A DNA stretch of 64,000 nucleotides, from the IMG/VR virus record IMGVR_UViG_3300048597_000634, positions 141,545 through 205,544 of that record; one strand, written 5' to 3'. Every line of letters starts with the position of its first letter. Positions within the stretch are counted from its first letter, which is position 1. Below the pieces are notes generated by a model. That model did not search any database. It was given only the letters and a program-made list of their open reading frames with translations, and was not told the DNA's origin. Both the position numbers and the translations under genes were made by a program. Shown here one piece after another: positions 62,634-64,000 of the stretch.

Positions 62634-63263
62634 TTAGCAGTAAAGAGCGTTGTTGAAAGCAGGTTCACCGAAGAGGTTATTACCGATTAGTTCTTCTAGT
62701 TGAGCGGTGGCGATAGCGCAGTAAGCATCAGGGTCGTTATAGTCGTTCTTAATGGTTAAGAACTTAACGCCGCGGGGCTCAAACAAATCGGGGTTGATAT
62801 ATTGCCTAGAGTCTCCTTCAAAGGAGCAGCCCGGCCGGTGGATTTGCACAATGGTTATATGTCTTGGATTGAAGTTGTTAAGTAAAGGCTCCACTTCTTC
62901 ACCAAACCCGCCGTCACTTACCACAAAGACATTGTTGTCATAGTAAGGGCGGCGCTTGATTTCCCCTATTAGTTGTAGACCAAAGAAGTCTTTACCGTGG
63001 AAGCGCTTAATATATCCTTCAGAGATGTTGATATATGCTTGGCGCGGCGTTAATCCTAAGAACTCTGTCAACTTTTGGTCCTTAAGGGCTTCATAGGCGG
63101 TAGGGTCTTGGTCCGGGGTATTATAAAACCGGTGGGTTAACTTCTTTAACTCATTGGCAAACTTGATGTGAATCACATAAGGCTTATGTAACTCTACAAG
63201 GTAACTGGCTAAGAGGTCTTTACCGCACCGGGGCGGGCCATTAAGGATAATGATTTGCTTCAT
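62634..63263 (-). CDS. deoxynucleoside monophosphate kinase-like protein
   Basis: [32 protein letters not shown]. Confidence 0.75.
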   Translation of the reverse strand: MKQIIILNGPPRCGKDLLASYLVELHKPYVIHIKFANELKKLTHRFYNTPDQDPTAYEALKDQKLTEFLGLTPRQAYINISEGYIKRFHGKDFFGLQLIGEIKRRPYYDNNVFVVSDGGFGEEVEPLLNNFNPRHITIVQIHRPGCSFEGDSRQYINPDLFEPRGVKFLTIKNDYNDPDAYCAIATAQLEELIGNNLFGEPAFNNALYC

Positions 63264-63269
63264 GGATAG

Positions 63270-63626
63270 TTAGGCAGCTTTGTCTTCTACAGGAGGAGCA
63301 ATGGCGCGGAGTTCTTTGTTAATCAAACCTAGCTGCTCGTCAACGATGGCGCAGACAATATACTCATCAGAGCGCATCTTCTGCACCAAGCTCACAGTCT
63401 TATCCTTCTGGTCATTGAGGATTTCCTGTACAGGGCGGCCCATTAAGTCTTCAATGGCATGGGCGGCGCTAAACACCTTCCCTGTATTTTTATCCTTGGC
63501 AGTCATGTGGTTGGTGAATAGGTCTTCTAGGGTAGCCAAGACTTGTAAGGCTACTTGCTCGTCGCTACTGCGGGTGGTGTAGTCAAACTCAGGGGCTTCG
63601 GGCGCGGGCGTTTGGGTAGTAGTCAT
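63270..63626 (-). CDS. hypothetical protein
   Basis: ORF with likely start MTTTQ near 63626. Confidence 0.55.
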   Translation of the reverse strand: MTTTQTPAPEAPEFDYTTRSSDEQVALQVLATLEDLFTNHMTAKDKNTGKVFSAAHAIEDLMGRPVQEILNDQKDKTVSLVQKMRSDEYIVCAIVDEQLGLINKELRAIAPPVEDKAA

Positions 63627-64000
63627 TATTTCTTGAGGTAAAAGAACCGAGGGCACATGGTATTAACCGTATCGTATATCCCCGAGAAAAACCTTAGCTT
63701 AATTGATGAGTTAGCCGGTTTGTTAGCTATTGCTACGAACATACCGGGAAAGTTTTCTTCTTCTCGGTAGATGTATTTGCTAAAACCATTATCTAACGCT
63801 TGCTTTTGGGTAGATACTAAACCACCATGTACGTCGAGGCAAATATAAGCGCCAACTAATCCACCAAGGTTGTAGCTGATGCGTGGGTCTTGCACGGCTT
63901 CTTCCGCATCGTAGCTAGGTGTAGTTAAGGCAGGGCCGGCGTTGATGGTAAGTAGCGCGCCGGCGGCTACCAGAAAGTTTGAGAGATAATGATGCAACAT
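63626..64000 (-). CDS. hypothetical exported protein
   Basis: Hydrophobic N-terminus; start lies at the window edge. Confidence 0.45.
   Translation of the reverse strand: MLHHYLSNFLVAAGALLTINAGPALTTPSYDAEEAVQDPRISYNLGGLVGAYICLDVHGGLVSTQKQALDNGFSKYIYREEENFPGMFVAIANKPANSSIKLRFFSGIYDTVNTMCPRFFYLKK

Noticed and set aside
1329-63582. Most plus-strand ORFs in the track (for example 7382-7723, 28973-29284, 39835-40161, 43367-43678)
   Set aside because: They are antisense shadows of well-supported minus-strand genes.

Overview
A 64-kb segment of a large (probably jumbo) dsDNA phage genome. Almost all genes lie on the minus strand. The host is probably a cyanobacterium, inferred from the IS-end signatures and the endolysin type. 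Recognisable genes: DHH phosphoesterase, a beta-clamp-like protein, endolysin, a C-terminal-only family-A DNA polymerase interrupted by four ORF-less group I introns (spliced product 346 aa), rIIA- and rIIB-like proteins, an ATP-dependent DNA ligase with a LAGLIDADG intein, KilA-N/BRO-N regulators, an RNA/tRNA repair cluster (Pnk-Rnl1 fusion, Thg1-like, Rnl2-like with an in-frame amber, metallophosphoesterase, nucleotidyltransferase), nested TnpB elements with an orphan omegaRNA-like end, MazG-like, HNH, RlpA-like, PhoH, ThyX and dNMP kinase. Two features remain unexplained. The first is about 60 tandemly arrayed, mostly 50-90 aa basic ORFs that share only an N-terminal M-[LIVF]-[TSN]-K motif, whose DNA often also supplies the stop codon of the upstream gene. 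The second is an array at 54.4-54.8 kb of promoter / variable-segment / terminator-hairpin units that may be a small-RNA cassette. All calls were made by eye; no searches were run.
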